Shown here one piece after another: positions 21,513-31,705 of a DNA stretch of 64,000 nucleotides; the stretch's first letter is position 1; every line of letters begins with the position of its first letter. Both the position numbers and the translations under genes were made by a program. Origin of the DNA: a virus (Duplodnaviria; Caudoviricetes); the IMG/VR virus record IMGVR_UViG_3300043447_000250, positions 1 through 64,000 of that record, one strand, 5' to 3'. The notes below the pieces were generated by a model. That model was given only the letters and a program-made list of their open reading frames with translations, ran no database searches and had not been told where the DNA came from.

Positions 21513-22918
21513 TGATAACTAATAACGGTAAGCAGATTATTGCAAAATATTTGATTGGGCAAACTCCATCTTTTGCGTCCCACATTGCTGTTGGATGTGG
21601 CAGAAAGCCACTGAGACATGTAAATGTTGGAATAACTAATATTGAGATAGTTAACGGTGTAGCATTTGTTACTACTGACGTAGAGCATGGATTTGCAAAT
21701 GGTCAGTTGCTGACTATTAGTGGTACTTACCTACCAAATGAATCCAACTCTTTGAACGGCAACTTCGTTGTTCTTGATGCCCTCTCAAGCGAATCCCTTA
21801 GCGGGACTATTTGGAACAGATTTTCTATAAATGCTCCATCAGGTTTTTCTGATGATGATGTCCCACAGTTTTCAAGTTTTGCAAGGGCCATGGTTAATTT
21901 TGAATCTCAAGAAGATTTAGAGTTTGAAATGTTTCGTGTTCCAATATCTTCAAGAGGATATGTCACAGAAAATGGAGTATCAAAAATAGTCTTCACTGCA
22001 GAACTTCCAACGGAAGAACGATACGGAATGAGTGAGATTGGCGTTTTCTCCGCAGGAGCAAATCCATCTGCTGGAATCTATGATAGTCGTGTGCTGTATT
22101 CCTTTGTTGAAAGCGAAAATTGGGAGTATCATTCTCAGTCATCTTCTACTAGCATTCCTTCAAAAACTGCACCATTGGATGCTGGAGGGTCTACAGATGT
22201 AATTAGCGTTACTGAGCCAGTATTTCAGACAACTTCGGATAACAGAATTTTTACAAGCACAGATAGAATTAATAGAAACGAAGTTGGAAGATTTGTTAAT
22301 AATACAATCTTAATGGCAGGAGATACGGCAAAACTAGTTGTTGAAAATGATGACACACTGTCTTTAGATAGTCAATATTCTTCAACACACATACACCTAG
22401 ATGGAATTTCAACAGACTTTAATAAGCAATCACCGAAAGATGAATTAAGATTAGCATTTTCTGTTGTGAATAAAATAGGTGGTAATGAGTCAGCGATTCC
22501 TAGCCAGGTTCTAATGTTATTAGAATTTTCTTCTGGTCACGGATTAGATTCATCAAGTGCTAAGTTTGAAGTCAATATGGAGCACCTATCGCTAAAGAAT
22601 CATACAAATAACTTTAATACAAATAGATACTTTGTGGTTAAAAAAGAACTTCAGGATCTAATTAAAACTCAGGACTTTTCTTGGGACTCTGTTACATTGT
22701 TAAAAATTTATGCATGTGTACTGGATTCAGAAGGTGAGCCATCGCCGAACTACTATGTTGCACTTGATGGGCTTAGGCTGGAGAATAAGGCATCCATTAA
22801 TCCACTATATGGATTAACTGGGTATTCTGTAATTGCAAATCAAACGGAAAGAGCAATTATCAAAGAACAAAACACAACAAACTATGTTGAGTTTAGAACT
22901 AATATTGGTATATCATAA
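21512..22918 (+). CDS. Minor tail/baseplate-associated protein
   Basis: MITNNGKQIIAKYL..HIAVGCG and SEIGVFS motifs typical of tail-fibre attachment domains. Confidence 0.6.
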   Translation: MITNNGKQIIAKYLIGQTPSFASHIAVGCGRKPLRHVNVGITNIEIVNGVAFVTTDVEHGFANGQLLTISGTYLPNESNSLNGNFVVLDALSSESLSGTIWNRFSINAPSGFSDDDVPQFSSFARAMVNFESQEDLEFEMFRVPISSRGYVTENGVSKIVFTAELPTEERYGMSEIGVFSAGANPSAGIYDSRVLYSFVESENWEYHSQSSSTSIPSKTAPLDAGGSTDVISVTEPVFQTTSDNRIFTSTDRINRNEVGRFVNNTILMAGDTAKLVVENDDTLSLDSQYSSTHIHLDGISTDFNKQSPKDELRLAFSVVNKIGGNESAIPSQVLMLLEFSSGHGLDSSSAKFEVNMEHLSLKNHTNNFNTNRYFVVKKELQDLIKTQDFSWDSVTLLKIYACVLDSEGEPSPNYYVALDGLRLENKASINPLYGLTGYSVIANQTERAIIKEQNTTNYVEFRTNIGIS

Positions 22919-23346
22919 TGGCAGGGCCAAGAGTAAAAAAGGTCATCATATCTAAAAATGATCTGCCAGCAGTAGGACCAAACAATGATTATTTAGTTAG
23001 ATATAGGATTGTGTCAGAAGACAAGAACAGATCTTCACACTGGTCGCATATGTGGAGGCTTGCTGCACAACCTGTTTCACCAGGAACTGGCGGGGTAGAG
23101 TTGAGAGATTCTATGATCACTACAACGTGGCAAGACACCGTTAGCCCATCTGACAAGAAGACTTATGATATTCTTATTAGCGTAGATGGCGGCGAATGGA
23201 GTTATGTTGGATCTACACAGGAGCACACTTTTACTTTTATTAAGCCCACTATCGAATCAGAGATTTCTATAGTAGTTCAAGTTGAAAGTTATTTAAAAAT
23301 CTACAGCACTGATCTTATTATCTTTGTTCAGACCGTTGTGGTATAA
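22918..23346 (+). CDS. Small beta-sandwich (FN3-like) tail protein
   Basis: YLVRYRIVSEDKNRSSHWS pattern. Confidence 0.5.
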   Translation: MAGPRVKKVIISKNDLPAVGPNNDYLVRYRIVSEDKNRSSHWSHMWRLAAQPVSPGTGGVELRDSMITTTWQDTVSPSDKKTYDILISVDGGEWSYVGSTQEHTFTFIKPTIESEISIVVQVESYLKIYSTDLIIFVQTVVV

Positions 23347-23347
23347 T
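23339..23347 (+). promoter_or_regulatory. Extended -10 promoter
   Basis: TGGTATAAT before SD AGGAG and ATG 23364. Confidence 0.55.
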
Positions 23348-23363
23348 TGATTAGGAGAGTATA

Positions 23364-23807
23364 ATGGCAAAAATTTCATTACCAGAGCGTGGACAACCAC
23401 TAGATGTTTCATATATTAGCAGACTAGCCTCTGCAATCAATGATCTGTCTGAAACAGCAGCACCTTCTTTATATAAATACTTTATGGTAGACACTAAGAC
23501 CGCTGCAAAGCAAAGTGTAAAGATTGCTGAGTCTAGAATCCTTGGTGCCTACATTGAGGTTGCAACATCTGCAAGCCGAAGCAAGGGTATCAGCGTAGAC
23601 TTCTCATATGATTTTTCTGGTTTTAAGTATGCACCAATTGTAACGGCAACTCCGCAGATTGTAGGAAATGCAACATCTGCTGGAAAGAATGTTTCTGTTG
23701 TTATTAAGTCTGTAACAACATCTAAGGTTGAAGGGTCTGTAATCTTTAATGAAAGTGGAGATGTCGCAGTCGCAGTTAACCTTATTATCATTGGAATACC
23801 AAACTAA
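23364..23807 (+). CDS. Minor tail protein with H-type-lectin/gp53-like C-terminus
   Basis: FKYAPIVTAT...V+IKSVTTSK...VNLIIIG pattern. Confidence 0.5.
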   Translation: MAKISLPERGQPLDVSYISRLASAINDLSETAAPSLYKYFMVDTKTAAKQSVKIAESRILGAYIEVATSASRSKGISVDFSYDFSGFKYAPIVTATPQIVGNATSAGKNVSVVIKSVTTSKVEGSVIFNESGDVAVAVNLIIIGIPN

Positions 23808-23998
23808 TGCTAAAATGTAAAAAGTGCAAAGGAAGAATGTTTGTTGATCGACAATACAGTAGCATTTCTCACTTAGAAACTTACTGCATCCTATGTGGTC
23901 ACAGAGATTTCTTTGATCCACCACAAAATTCAACGGAGGGGCAATGGCTCTTAAAAAAGGAAGCGTTGAGAGCGAAGGCTACAATCTCGCCCCTGTAA
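23807..23998 (+). CDS. Small zinc-ribbon protein
   Basis: CKKC...CILC. Confidence 0.6.
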   Translation: MLKCKKCKGRMFVDRQYSSISHLETYCILCGHRDFFDPPQNSTEGQWLLKKEALRAKATISPL

Positions 23999-24486
23999 TC
24001 CCTGGTAACAAAAAGGTCTGGTTTCTTAATGGAAGCCTTGTTCGCATTCATCATTTAAATAGATCTAATGGAATAATGTCTGTTTATAATATCACGCATG
24101 ATAGGATAGAAAGTTGTCTAATTAGTGATTTTAAAAAAAAGAGGGAACGTGCTTATACAGTTGGAGAAACTGCTGAATTATTAAATAGACATAAAAAGTA
24201 TTTACCAAGATTAATGAAAAGCGGTGCAATACCAAAACCAATGGGGTCACAAAAAGGTGGTGCAACTGGGTGGCAAGTTCGATCATACTACTCTGAGTCG
24301 CAAGTACGAGAGATACGTGATATACTTGCTACGTACCATATTGGTAGACCAAGAAAAGATAAATTAATAACAAATGATTCAACCCCTAGTGTGCAAGAGT
24401 TGACACGGCGTATGGGGGACGGTATAATTACATATACGAAGACAGAAGATGGACGGTTTGTTCCAATTTGGAGTGAATCTATTTAA
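23944..24486 (+). CDS. HTH DNA-binding protein (MerR/excisionase-like)
   Basis: YTVGETAELLNRHKKYLPRLMKSGAIP...RSYYSESQV. Confidence 0.65.
   Translation: MALKKGSVESEGYNLAPVIPGNKKVWFLNGSLVRIHHLNRSNGIMSVYNITHDRIESCLISDFKKKRERAYTVGETAELLNRHKKYLPRLMKSGAIPKPMGSQKGGATGWQVRSYYSESQVREIRDILATYHIGRPRKDKLITNDSTPSVQELTRRMGDGIITYTKTEDGRFVPIWSESI
24400..24428 (+). promoter_or_regulatory. Consensus sigma70/SigA promoter for the replication genes
   Basis: TTGACA-17 nt-TATAAT, located inside the HTH gene. Confidence 0.75.
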
Positions 24487-24499
24487 CGAAGGGTATGAA

Positions 24500-24709
24500 A
24501 TGGAAAACGATTCAACAAAGGTATCTGTAACACTAGGGTACACACTTAATCTAGGAAACTTTCAGTCTTTGCGACTTGACCTTGGTGTTGTAGATGCAAA
24601 GCGTGATGGAGAAAATACAGAGCAGGCTTTTGAGCGTGTCTACAAGTTCGTTGAGGACAAGTTGACAGAAAAGATCAAGGAAGCACAATCGGAGGCTGCA
24701 GAAGCATAA
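24500..24709 (+). CDS. Conserved hypothetical phage protein
   Basis: TKVSVTLGYTLNLGNFQSLRLDLG motif. Confidence 0.6.
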   Translation: MENDSTKVSVTLGYTLNLGNFQSLRLDLGVVDAKRDGENTEQAFERVYKFVEDKLTEKIKEAQSEAAEA

Positions 24710-25017
24710 TGGCAGAACGCAAAGACCGTATGGCTTTGCTTTCACGCTATAGCAAGTTTCATACTGCAAAGTATGAGCAAAAGCCATCACTAAACCTAAA
24801 TGTAGAGCAATGGGCAGCAGATGCCCTTATTGAGTCATATGGAATAGGAGCCTGTTATGATGTTCTTGAGTATTACTTTAGTGTTGCTCAGTCTCCTTCT
24901 TGGAATTACTTTGCATACAATACAGAAAAAATATTACAAGCAAGACTAGATAAACAAAGAGATGATGAAGAGAGAGCAGAGCGTAGACGAATGGCAAAGG
25001 AGTGGCTAAGTGAATAA
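24709..25017 (+). CDS. Hypothetical protein, possible helicase loader
   Basis: Coupled upstream of DnaB. Confidence 0.45.
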   Translation: MAERKDRMALLSRYSKFHTAKYEQKPSLNLNVEQWAADALIESYGIGACYDVLEYYFSVAQSPSWNYFAYNTEKILQARLDKQRDDEERAERRRMAKEWLSE

Positions 25018-26230
25018 TACAGAAGCAAAAGTAATCTCCGCAGTCCTACAAGACAAGCAGGTTCATGTTTTGCTACAGGCGAATATTGATAACTTGCTTC
25101 GAACCCACAATGATGTTTGGGAGTTTATCCGTAACTACTTTGAGCACAATAGTGCTGTTCCTCCAGTATCTCTAGTTGTAGAAAAGTTCCGTGACTTCTC
25201 CCCTATTGAGGGTATTGGAGCAACCAAACACCATCTGGAAGAGTTGCAGACAGAATATCTAAACGATAGCCTAAAGGATATTCTTCGTTCCGCTGCAGGT
25301 GATGTTCAGTCAGGAAATGGAAATGCTGCACTTGACAACCTAATTACACAAACATCAGAGTTGAAGAAGAATACTTCAGCAATTCGTGATATCGATGTAA
25401 CAGATCTAGAGTCTGCTCTTGCATACTTTGAGCACCTTAAGGAGCAAAAGTTGCTTGGTCATGTTGGTATCAAAACTAACTTGCCAGGGTTTGACAACTA
25501 CCTTCCTTCTGGAATTATGCCTGGACAACTTGGTGTGTTCCTTGCTTATCCTGGTATTGGTAAATCATGGATGGCACTATACTTTGCGGTACAGGCTTGG
25601 AAGCAAGGCAAGTCTCCACTAGTAATCTCACTTGAAATGAGTGAGACAGAAGTTCGCAACCGTGTATTCACAATCATGGGTGAAGGACTTTGGTCACACC
25701 GCAAGTTGTCAAATGGTGAAGTAGAAATGGATACACTTAAGGAATGGCACAAGCGTCATCTAGAGGGTAAGCCAGAGTTCCATATTATTTCTAATGATAA
25801 TGGTGGAGAGATTAACCCATCTGTACTTCGTGGAAAGATTGATCAATACAAACCAGACTTCGTAATTGTGGACTACCTACAGTTGATGAGCCCAAACCAA
25901 AAGGCTGATAACGAAACGGTAAAGATGAAGAACCTTTCAAGAGAACTTAAACTTATGGCCATTGGAGAAGAGATTCCCCTAATTGCTATTTCATCTGCTA
26001 CACCAGATGATGTTAATGATCTTAGTGGTGTTCCTACACTTGGACAGACTGCTTGGTCTAGACAGATCGCATACGATGCTGACTGGGTTATTGCCCTTGG
26101 TCGTGCAACCAATAGCGATGTGATTGAGTGTGCATTTAGAAAGAACCGTAACGGATTTATGGGAGACTTCCTAGTACAGGTTGACTTTGATAGAGGATAC
26201 TATAGATACAAGGATTTTGAAGATAAGTAG
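25010..26230 (+). CDS. dnaB: DnaB-like replicative helicase
   Basis: Walker A AYPGIGKS, SLEMSE, VIVDYLQLM, KNRNG. Confidence 0.95.
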   Translation: MNNTEAKVISAVLQDKQVHVLLQANIDNLLRTHNDVWEFIRNYFEHNSAVPPVSLVVEKFRDFSPIEGIGATKHHLEELQTEYLNDSLKDILRSAAGDVQSGNGNAALDNLITQTSELKKNTSAIRDIDVTDLESALAYFEHLKEQKLLGHVGIKTNLPGFDNYLPSGIMPGQLGVFLAYPGIGKSWMALYFAVQAWKQGKSPLVISLEMSETEVRNRVFTIMGEGLWSHRKLSNGEVEMDTLKEWHKRHLEGKPEFHIISNDNGGEINPSVLRGKIDQYKPDFVIVDYLQLMSPNQKADNETVKMKNLSRELKLMAIGEEIPLIAISSATPDDVNDLSGVPTLGQTAWSRQIAYDADWVIALGRATNSDVIECAFRKNRNGFMGDFLVQVDFDRGYYRYKDFEDK

Positions 26231-26244
26231 GTATAATATGCTTT

Positions 26245-26571
26245 ATGGAAAGATATCACCATAAGCAGATTAAAAAGTTTAACCTCAGCGGGGTTATCCA
26301 TGATGAGTCTGCTATTGGTAGATTAAAAATTGAATATATCAGATTAGTTACATCAGAAATGAGGCTTTCGGGTTGCGTTCCAAGATTTGACCTGGAGCCT
26401 GATTTCACGGTAGACTATGATGAAAAGAAAAAAACATTTGAGTTTGAGTTAACATTATATGGAATTTATGTAGGGAAAAGGAAAGCAGAATGGATAGCAG
26501 GGGTAGACGGGTACAAAGCAATACATATACCAAGGAACAAATCAAAAGAGTCCTTACGGGAACAGGTGTAA
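26245..26571 (+). CDS. Hypothetical protein
   Basis: Preceded by GGTATAAT; overlaps the primase start by 82 nt. Confidence 0.55.
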   Translation: MERYHHKQIKKFNLSGVIHDESAIGRLKIEYIRLVTSEMRLSGCVPRFDLEPDFTVDYDEKKKTFEFELTLYGIYVGKRKAEWIAGVDGYKAIHIPRNKSKESLREQV

Positions 26572-27434
26572 CAATTGAGTCAGAGATTGACTCAGACTAC
26601 ATCGTTTTTTGTCCATACCATAACAACAACAGAACTCCTGCTGGAGAAGTAGACAAATTTAACGGTACATTCTTTTGTTTTTCTTGCCACCATGTTGCAA
26701 ACCTTATAGAGTTTGTTATGCATATGTCTGGCAGAACATACTTTGAGGCAATCAGGTATATCAAAGGAAAAGAAACTGAGCAAGATCTTGAAAGAGATAT
26801 CAATCAAAAACTTATTGTTAAGCCAGACTTTGTTCCATATGACGAATTAATTTTAAAAAGATTAAATAATAATCTATCATCATCGGATAGAGCCAAAGAT
26901 TACTTTAAGTATAGAAAGATTGAGCCATCGTCTTGGGCTAAGTTTTCTCTTGGCTATTCGGAAAAACAGGACATGGTTACGGTTCCAGTTCATAGTCCAG
27001 ACGGTATTCCAGTTGGGTTTGTTGGTCGTTCAATCGAGGGTAAGGAGTTTAAGAACACTCCAGGATTACCAAAGGCAAAGACACTGTTTAACTTAAATAG
27101 AGTAAAGACAGCAGATAAGGTTTATGTAGTTGAATCATCATTTGATGCCATTAGACTTGATCAAGTTGGCTTCCCAGCAGTAGCAACATTGGGGGCTAAT
27201 GTCTCTAACATACAAATAGAATTGCTTCAAAAGTACTTCAATAACATTATCGTTATTGCAGATAATGATGAGGCAGGAGGAAATATGAAAACTAAGATAA
27301 TTGAAAAACTTGGTTCTCGTGTATCCGTTATACAACTAAATAAACAATATAAAGATATAGGCGACATGGATGACAAGTCAATTAAAGAACTAGATTATGA
27401 GTTTGACAAGTCAATACTATCCATGCTAAACTAA
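26490..27434 (+). CDS. dnaG: DNA primase (Zn finger + TOPRIM)
   Basis: CPYH...FFCFSC zinc finger; VVESSFDAI and ADNDEAG TOPRIM motifs. Confidence 0.92.
   Translation: MDSRGRRVQSNTYTKEQIKRVLTGTGVTIESEIDSDYIVFCPYHNNNRTPAGEVDKFNGTFFCFSCHHVANLIEFVMHMSGRTYFEAIRYIKGKETEQDLERDINQKLIVKPDFVPYDELILKRLNNNLSSSDRAKDYFKYRKIEPSSWAKFSLGYSEKQDMVTVPVHSPDGIPVGFVGRSIEGKEFKNTPGLPKAKTLFNLNRVKTADKVYVVESSFDAIRLDQVGFPAVATLGANVSNIQIELLQKYFNNIIVIADNDEAGGNMKTKIIEKLGSRVSVIQLNKQYKDIGDMDDKSIKELDYEFDKSILSMLN
27403..27432 (+). promoter_or_regulatory. Promoter for ssb/dnaE
   Basis: TTGACA-18 nt-TAAACT with TG extension. Confidence 0.55.
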
Positions 27435-27462
27435 TACATAACAACACAAAAGGAGCAATACA

Positions 27463-28116
27463 ATGAGCGTAATTAAGGGTCTTAAGGACATTAGCGCACT
27501 ACTCGACAAGCCAAAGTTTGAAAGCACAGGACAAAAGGTTCGTTGGGTTAAGTTAGCAGACGGCCAATCTGCTAAGATTCGTTTCGTTGAGGAATTGGAT
27601 CAAGATTCAGCACACTACAATGAGGCCCGTGGCCTTTCAGTTGTAGTATCAGAACACACAAACCCAAAGGATTACAAGCGTAAGGCTGCTTGTACTATTG
27701 ATTCAGAGGGTCGCTGCTTCGGTTGCGAAATGGCAAAGAAGGAACCTAAGTCTGGCTGGAGAGCACGACTTCGTTTCTACTGCAACGTTCTTATCAATGA
27801 CGGCACAGAAGATGCTTACATCGCTGTATGGTCACAGGGTATTTCAAAGCAGTCAGCATTCAACAACATTCGTGAGTATGCACTTGATACAGGTAGCATC
27901 TCAAACCTTGAGTGGAAGTTAAAGCGTAATGGACAGGGAACTGAAACCAACTACACACTTCTACCTTCAAAGCCAGATACAGAACCATTTGTATGGGATG
28001 GCTTTGAATACTTCAACCTAGAAAAGGTTGTCCGTGAGGTTCCTTACCCAGAGCAGGAAGCATTCTACTTTGGGTTTGACACTCCATCCGTTACCAGCAC
28101 GAATATCGACTGGTAA
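27463..28116 (+). CDS. Single-stranded DNA-binding protein (gp32-like)
   Basis: Between primase and polymerase; H..C..C..C zinc site; KRNGQGTETNYTL; acidic/aromatic tail. Confidence 0.75.
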   Translation: MSVIKGLKDISALLDKPKFESTGQKVRWVKLADGQSAKIRFVEELDQDSAHYNEARGLSVVVSEHTNPKDYKRKAACTIDSEGRCFGCEMAKKEPKSGWRARLRFYCNVLINDGTEDAYIAVWSQGISKQSAFNNIREYALDTGSISNLEWKLKRNGQGTETNYTLLPSKPDTEPFVWDGFEYFNLEKVVREVPYPEQEAFYFGFDTPSVTSTNIDW

Positions 28117-28119
28117 TAA

Positions 28120-31100
28120 ATGAGTTACGTAGGCTTACACGTACATACCCACTATTCCCTCTTTGACGGAATCGCTACTCCAGAAGAATACATTGACCGT
28201 GCAGTTGAGTTAGGGATGCCAGCAATTGCCATCACTGACCACGGTACTTTATCTGGGCATAGGGAACTGCACCGTATTGCAAAAGCGAAGGGTATTAAGC
28301 CTATACTTGGTGTAGAAGGCTATATGTGTCAAGATAGATTCGATACAAGAGATAAGTCTGAAAGAGACGGAGACCTTGATCTAGTCTACAACCATATAGT
28401 CCTTCTCGCCAAGAACCAAATTGGTTTAGAGAACCTTAATAAGATTAATGAGATTGCGTGGACAGAAGGATATTTCAAGAAGCCAAGATTTGACTTTGAA
28501 ATTCTTGAAAAATACTCAGAGGGTATTATTGTTACCTCTGCATGCCCAAGTAGCGTACTTGTAAAGGCACTTGAGAACAATGAGTTTGCCATTGCTAAGA
28601 AGCACATCGAATGGTTTAAACGAGTATTTAATGATGATTACTATATTGAGGTTATGCCACACAATGAGGCAGAAATCAATAAGCAGTTAATTCAGTTGGC
28701 TGATGAGTTTGGCGTACAGGTTGTTGTTACACCTGACTGCCACCATAGTTCAGCAGATCAGAAGGAGATTCAAGAATTTAAACTTCTTCTTAATACCCAT
28801 GTCAAGATTGACAAGGAACATACTTTTGAGAAGTCCAAGAAGTATACAGACATGATGGAACGCCTAGATTATCTATATGGTCATGACCGTCAGATTACAT
28901 TTAATGAGTTTGATATTCACCTTCTTTCATATGAAGAGATGAAGTCAGCAATGGAAGCACAAGGTATTGACCGTCCTGACATTTACTCTAATACACTTGC
29001 TATTGCAGAAAAAGTTGGGGATTATGGAATACAAGAAGGCCTAGACCTTCTACCAGTACAATACAAGCACCCAGATAAAGAACTTAGAGAACTTGCACTT
29101 GCTGGATTAACAGAGCGTGGAGTAGACTCGCAGGAGTATTTAGATAGACTAGATGAAGAGTTAAAGGTAATTAAAGATAAGAAGTTTGCACCATACTTCC
29201 TAGTTGTACGAAGCATGATTAACTGGGCAAAGAAGGAAGATATTATGGTTGGTCCAGGTCGTGGATCAGCAGCAGGTTCATTGCTCTGTTACTCACTAGG
29301 AATTACAGACATTGATCCAATCAAACATGGTCTTCTGTTTTTCCGATTTATCAACCCAGAGCGTAACGACTTCCCAGATATTGATACAGATATTCAAGAC
29401 TCTCGTCGTGAAGAAGTGAAAGATTATCTAGTTAGACAGTATCGACATGTTGCATCTATTGCTACATTCCTTTCGTTTAAGGATAAGGGTGTTGTAAGAG
29501 ATGTTGCACGAGTATTAAATATTCCTCTAACAGATGTTAATAAGGTTTTAAAGTTAGTAGATACATGGGATGACTTCTGTAACTCAAAGTCAACAAGAGA
29601 GTTCCGTGAAAAGTATCCAGAGGTTGAAATCTACGGAGAGCAACTCCGAGGTCGCATTCGTGGAACAGGTATTCACGCTGCAGGTGTTGTAACATCTAAG
29701 GACCCAATCTTCCGATTTGCACCAATGGAAACAAGATCTTCTACTGGAAGCGATGAGCGCATTCCCGTTGTCGCTGTTGATATGGAAGAGGCAGAGCGTA
29801 TTGGGCTAATCAAGATTGATGCCTTGGGACTGAAGACACTTTCAGTTTTAAAGGACACACTTGATATTATTGAAGAGCGAGATGGAAAGAAGATTGATCT
29901 TCTTAAGATTGATATGGACGATAAGAATGTTTATCAAATGCTATCTGACGGGTATACAAAGGGTGTCTTCCAGTGTGAAGCAACACCATATACAAACCTT
30001 CTCGTTAAGATGGGTGTCAAAAACCTAGCAGAACTTTCTGCTTCTAATGCTCTTGTTCGTCCTGGTGCAATGAACACAATTGGAAAAGACTACATTGCCA
30101 TTAAGCATGGTCGCCAGAATCCAAACTACAAGCACCAAGTTATTAAATCATTTACGGAGGAAACATATGGCTGTATTCTTTACCAGGAACAAGTTATGCA
30201 AGCATGCGTACAACTTGGCGGTATGTCCATGTCGGAGGCAGATAAAGTCCGTAAGATCATTGGAAAGAAAAAAGATGCTAAAGAGTTTGATGTGTTTAAG
30301 GATCAGTTCGTTAAAGGGGCTTCTCAATACATTTCGCCGAATCAGGCTCTAGATCTATGGCATGACTTTGAGGCTCACGCAGGGTACTCATTCAACAAGT
30401 CACACGCTGTAGCATACTCAACACTCTCATACTGGACAGCATGGTTGAAGTACCATTATCCACTAGAGTTTATGTACTCACTACTTAAGAATGAAAAGGA
30501 TAAAGATGCAAGAACTGAATACCTCATTGAAGCGAAGCGAATGGGCATTTCGATTAAACTGCCACATATTAACGATTCGGATATTGATTTTAAAATTGAA
30601 GGCAAGGGTATTCGGTTTGGACTATCAGGCATTAAGTTCATCTCTGATAAAATTGCAGAAAGATATATTGCATCTCGCCCGTTCCTATCCTACAAAGAAC
30701 TTGAAGAGTTTACCTTTACAAAGGGTAACGGGGTTAATTCTAGGGCTCTTCAAGCATTAAGAGTTATTGGAGCAGCAACTTTCCAGGATAATCCTAGAAA
30801 CGATGCAGAGATCAAAGAGCATCTATACGAGTATCTCAATCTCCCAGAGTTTAACATCTCTGTTCCATCTCACTATCATGCTTTTATTACGCCTGCAGAG
30901 GACTATGAGGAAAAGGGTTCATTTATTCTCATGGGGATGGTTAAGGGTATCAAGAGAGCAAAGGGATGGTCAAGAGTAGAGTTACTAGATAAGACAGGAA
31001 GCGTAGGAATTTTTGATGACGAAAACAGTGCTATTGAGGCAGGTATCTCGTATATTGTTTTGGCTAATGACAATAGGATTGTTTCTGCAGTCCCTGTTGA

Positions 31101-31389
31101 TCAAATAAAGGGTTCTGATTCAGCACTGATTAAATTCTTAAATTATAAAATGTTACCATACAAAGATGATGACATGTTTGTAGTTTCTTTTAACCCAAGA
31201 ATTACTAAGGCTGGAAAGAAGATGGCATCTCTTACATTAGCAGATGCTTCAAGAGAACTTCATTCTGTTACAGTATTTCCAACGGCATTTGCCAAGGCAT
31301 ACATGAAGATAGAAGAAGGCAACACATACAAGTTTAGTTTCGGAAAGACTAAAGATGGAACAGTTATATTGGAGGATGTAAATGCTTGA
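28120..31389 (+). CDS. dnaE: DNA polymerase III alpha subunit (family C)
   Basis: PHP domain LHVHTHYSLFDG, AITDHG, GRGSAAGSL, FPDIDTD, GYSFNKSHA; no intein seen. Confidence 0.97.
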   Translation: MSYVGLHVHTHYSLFDGIATPEEYIDRAVELGMPAIAITDHGTLSGHRELHRIAKAKGIKPILGVEGYMCQDRFDTRDKSERDGDLDLVYNHIVLLAKNQIGLENLNKINEIAWTEGYFKKPRFDFEILEKYSEGIIVTSACPSSVLVKALENNEFAIAKKHIEWFKRVFNDDYYIEVMPHNEAEINKQLIQLADEFGVQVVVTPDCHHSSADQKEIQEFKLLLNTHVKIDKEHTFEKSKKYTDMMERLDYLYGHDRQITFNEFDIHLLSYEEMKSAMEAQGIDRPDIYSNTLAIAEKVGDYGIQEGLDLLPVQYKHPDKELRELALAGLTERGVDSQEYLDRLDEELKVIKDKKFAPYFLVVRSMINWAKKEDIMVGPGRGSAAGSLLCYSLGITDIDPIKHGLLFFRFINPERNDFPDIDTDIQDSRREEVKDYLVRQYRHVASIATFLSFKDKGVVRDVARVLNIPLTDVNKVLKLVDTWDDFCNSKSTREFREKYPEVEIYGEQLRGRIRGTGIHAAGVVTSKDPIFRFAPMETRSSTGSDERIPVVAVDMEEAERIGLIKIDALGLKTLSVLKDTLDIIEERDGKKIDLLKIDMDDKNVYQMLSDGYTKGVFQCEATPYTNLLVKMGVKNLAELSASNALVRPGAMNTIGKDYIAIKHGRQNPNYKHQVIKSFTEETYGCILYQEQVMQACVQLGGMSMSEADKVRKIIGKKKDAKEFDVFKDQFVKGASQYISPNQALDLWHDFEAHAGYSFNKSHAVAYSTLSYWTAWLKYHYPLEFMYSLLKNEKDKDARTEYLIEAKRMGISIKLPHINDSDIDFKIEGKGIRFGLSGIKFISDKIAERYIASRPFLSYKELEEFTFTKGNGVNSRALQALRVIGAATFQDNPRNDAEIKEHLYEYLNLPEFNISVPSHYHAFITPAEDYEEKGSFILMGMVKGIKRAKGWSRVELLDKTGSVGIFDDENSAIEAGISYIVLANDNRIVSAVPVDQIKGSDSALIKFLNYKMLPYKDDDMFVVSFNPRITKAGKKMASLTLADASRELHSVTVFPTAFAKAYMKIEEGNTYKFSFGKTKDGTVILEDVNA

Positions 31390-31705
31390 CAACATGGCAA
31401 CTGAGTTGCACAAGAATGCAGTAGTGAAGGGCTTTTGGCCTGAAGTGGAAGATGTAGATGATATCTTTGTTGCAAAACAATTGATGATGATCGTGTCTGA
31501 AGTTGTTGAAACAATGGAGGCTATTCGCAAAGATAAGGGTGAAGAAGAAATCACAAAGGAATTTGCTGATATTATTATCCGCACACTTGATCTTTATGCA
31601 GGAGTTGTTGAAGCAGGGTATACTAAGTTATCTCTAGACGAAGCCTTAAATGAAAAGGTTGAATTTAATAAGTCTAGACCAGAGAAGCATGGAGTTCGAT
31701 TCTAA
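31382..31705 (+). CDS. MazG-like NTP pyrophosphohydrolase
   Basis: SEVVETMEAIRK...EFADIIIR motif. Confidence 0.8.
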   Translation: MLDNMATELHKNAVVKGFWPEVEDVDDIFVAKQLMMIVSEVVETMEAIRKDKGEEEITKEFADIIIRTLDLYAGVVEAGYTKLSLDEALNEKVEFNKSRPEKHGVRF

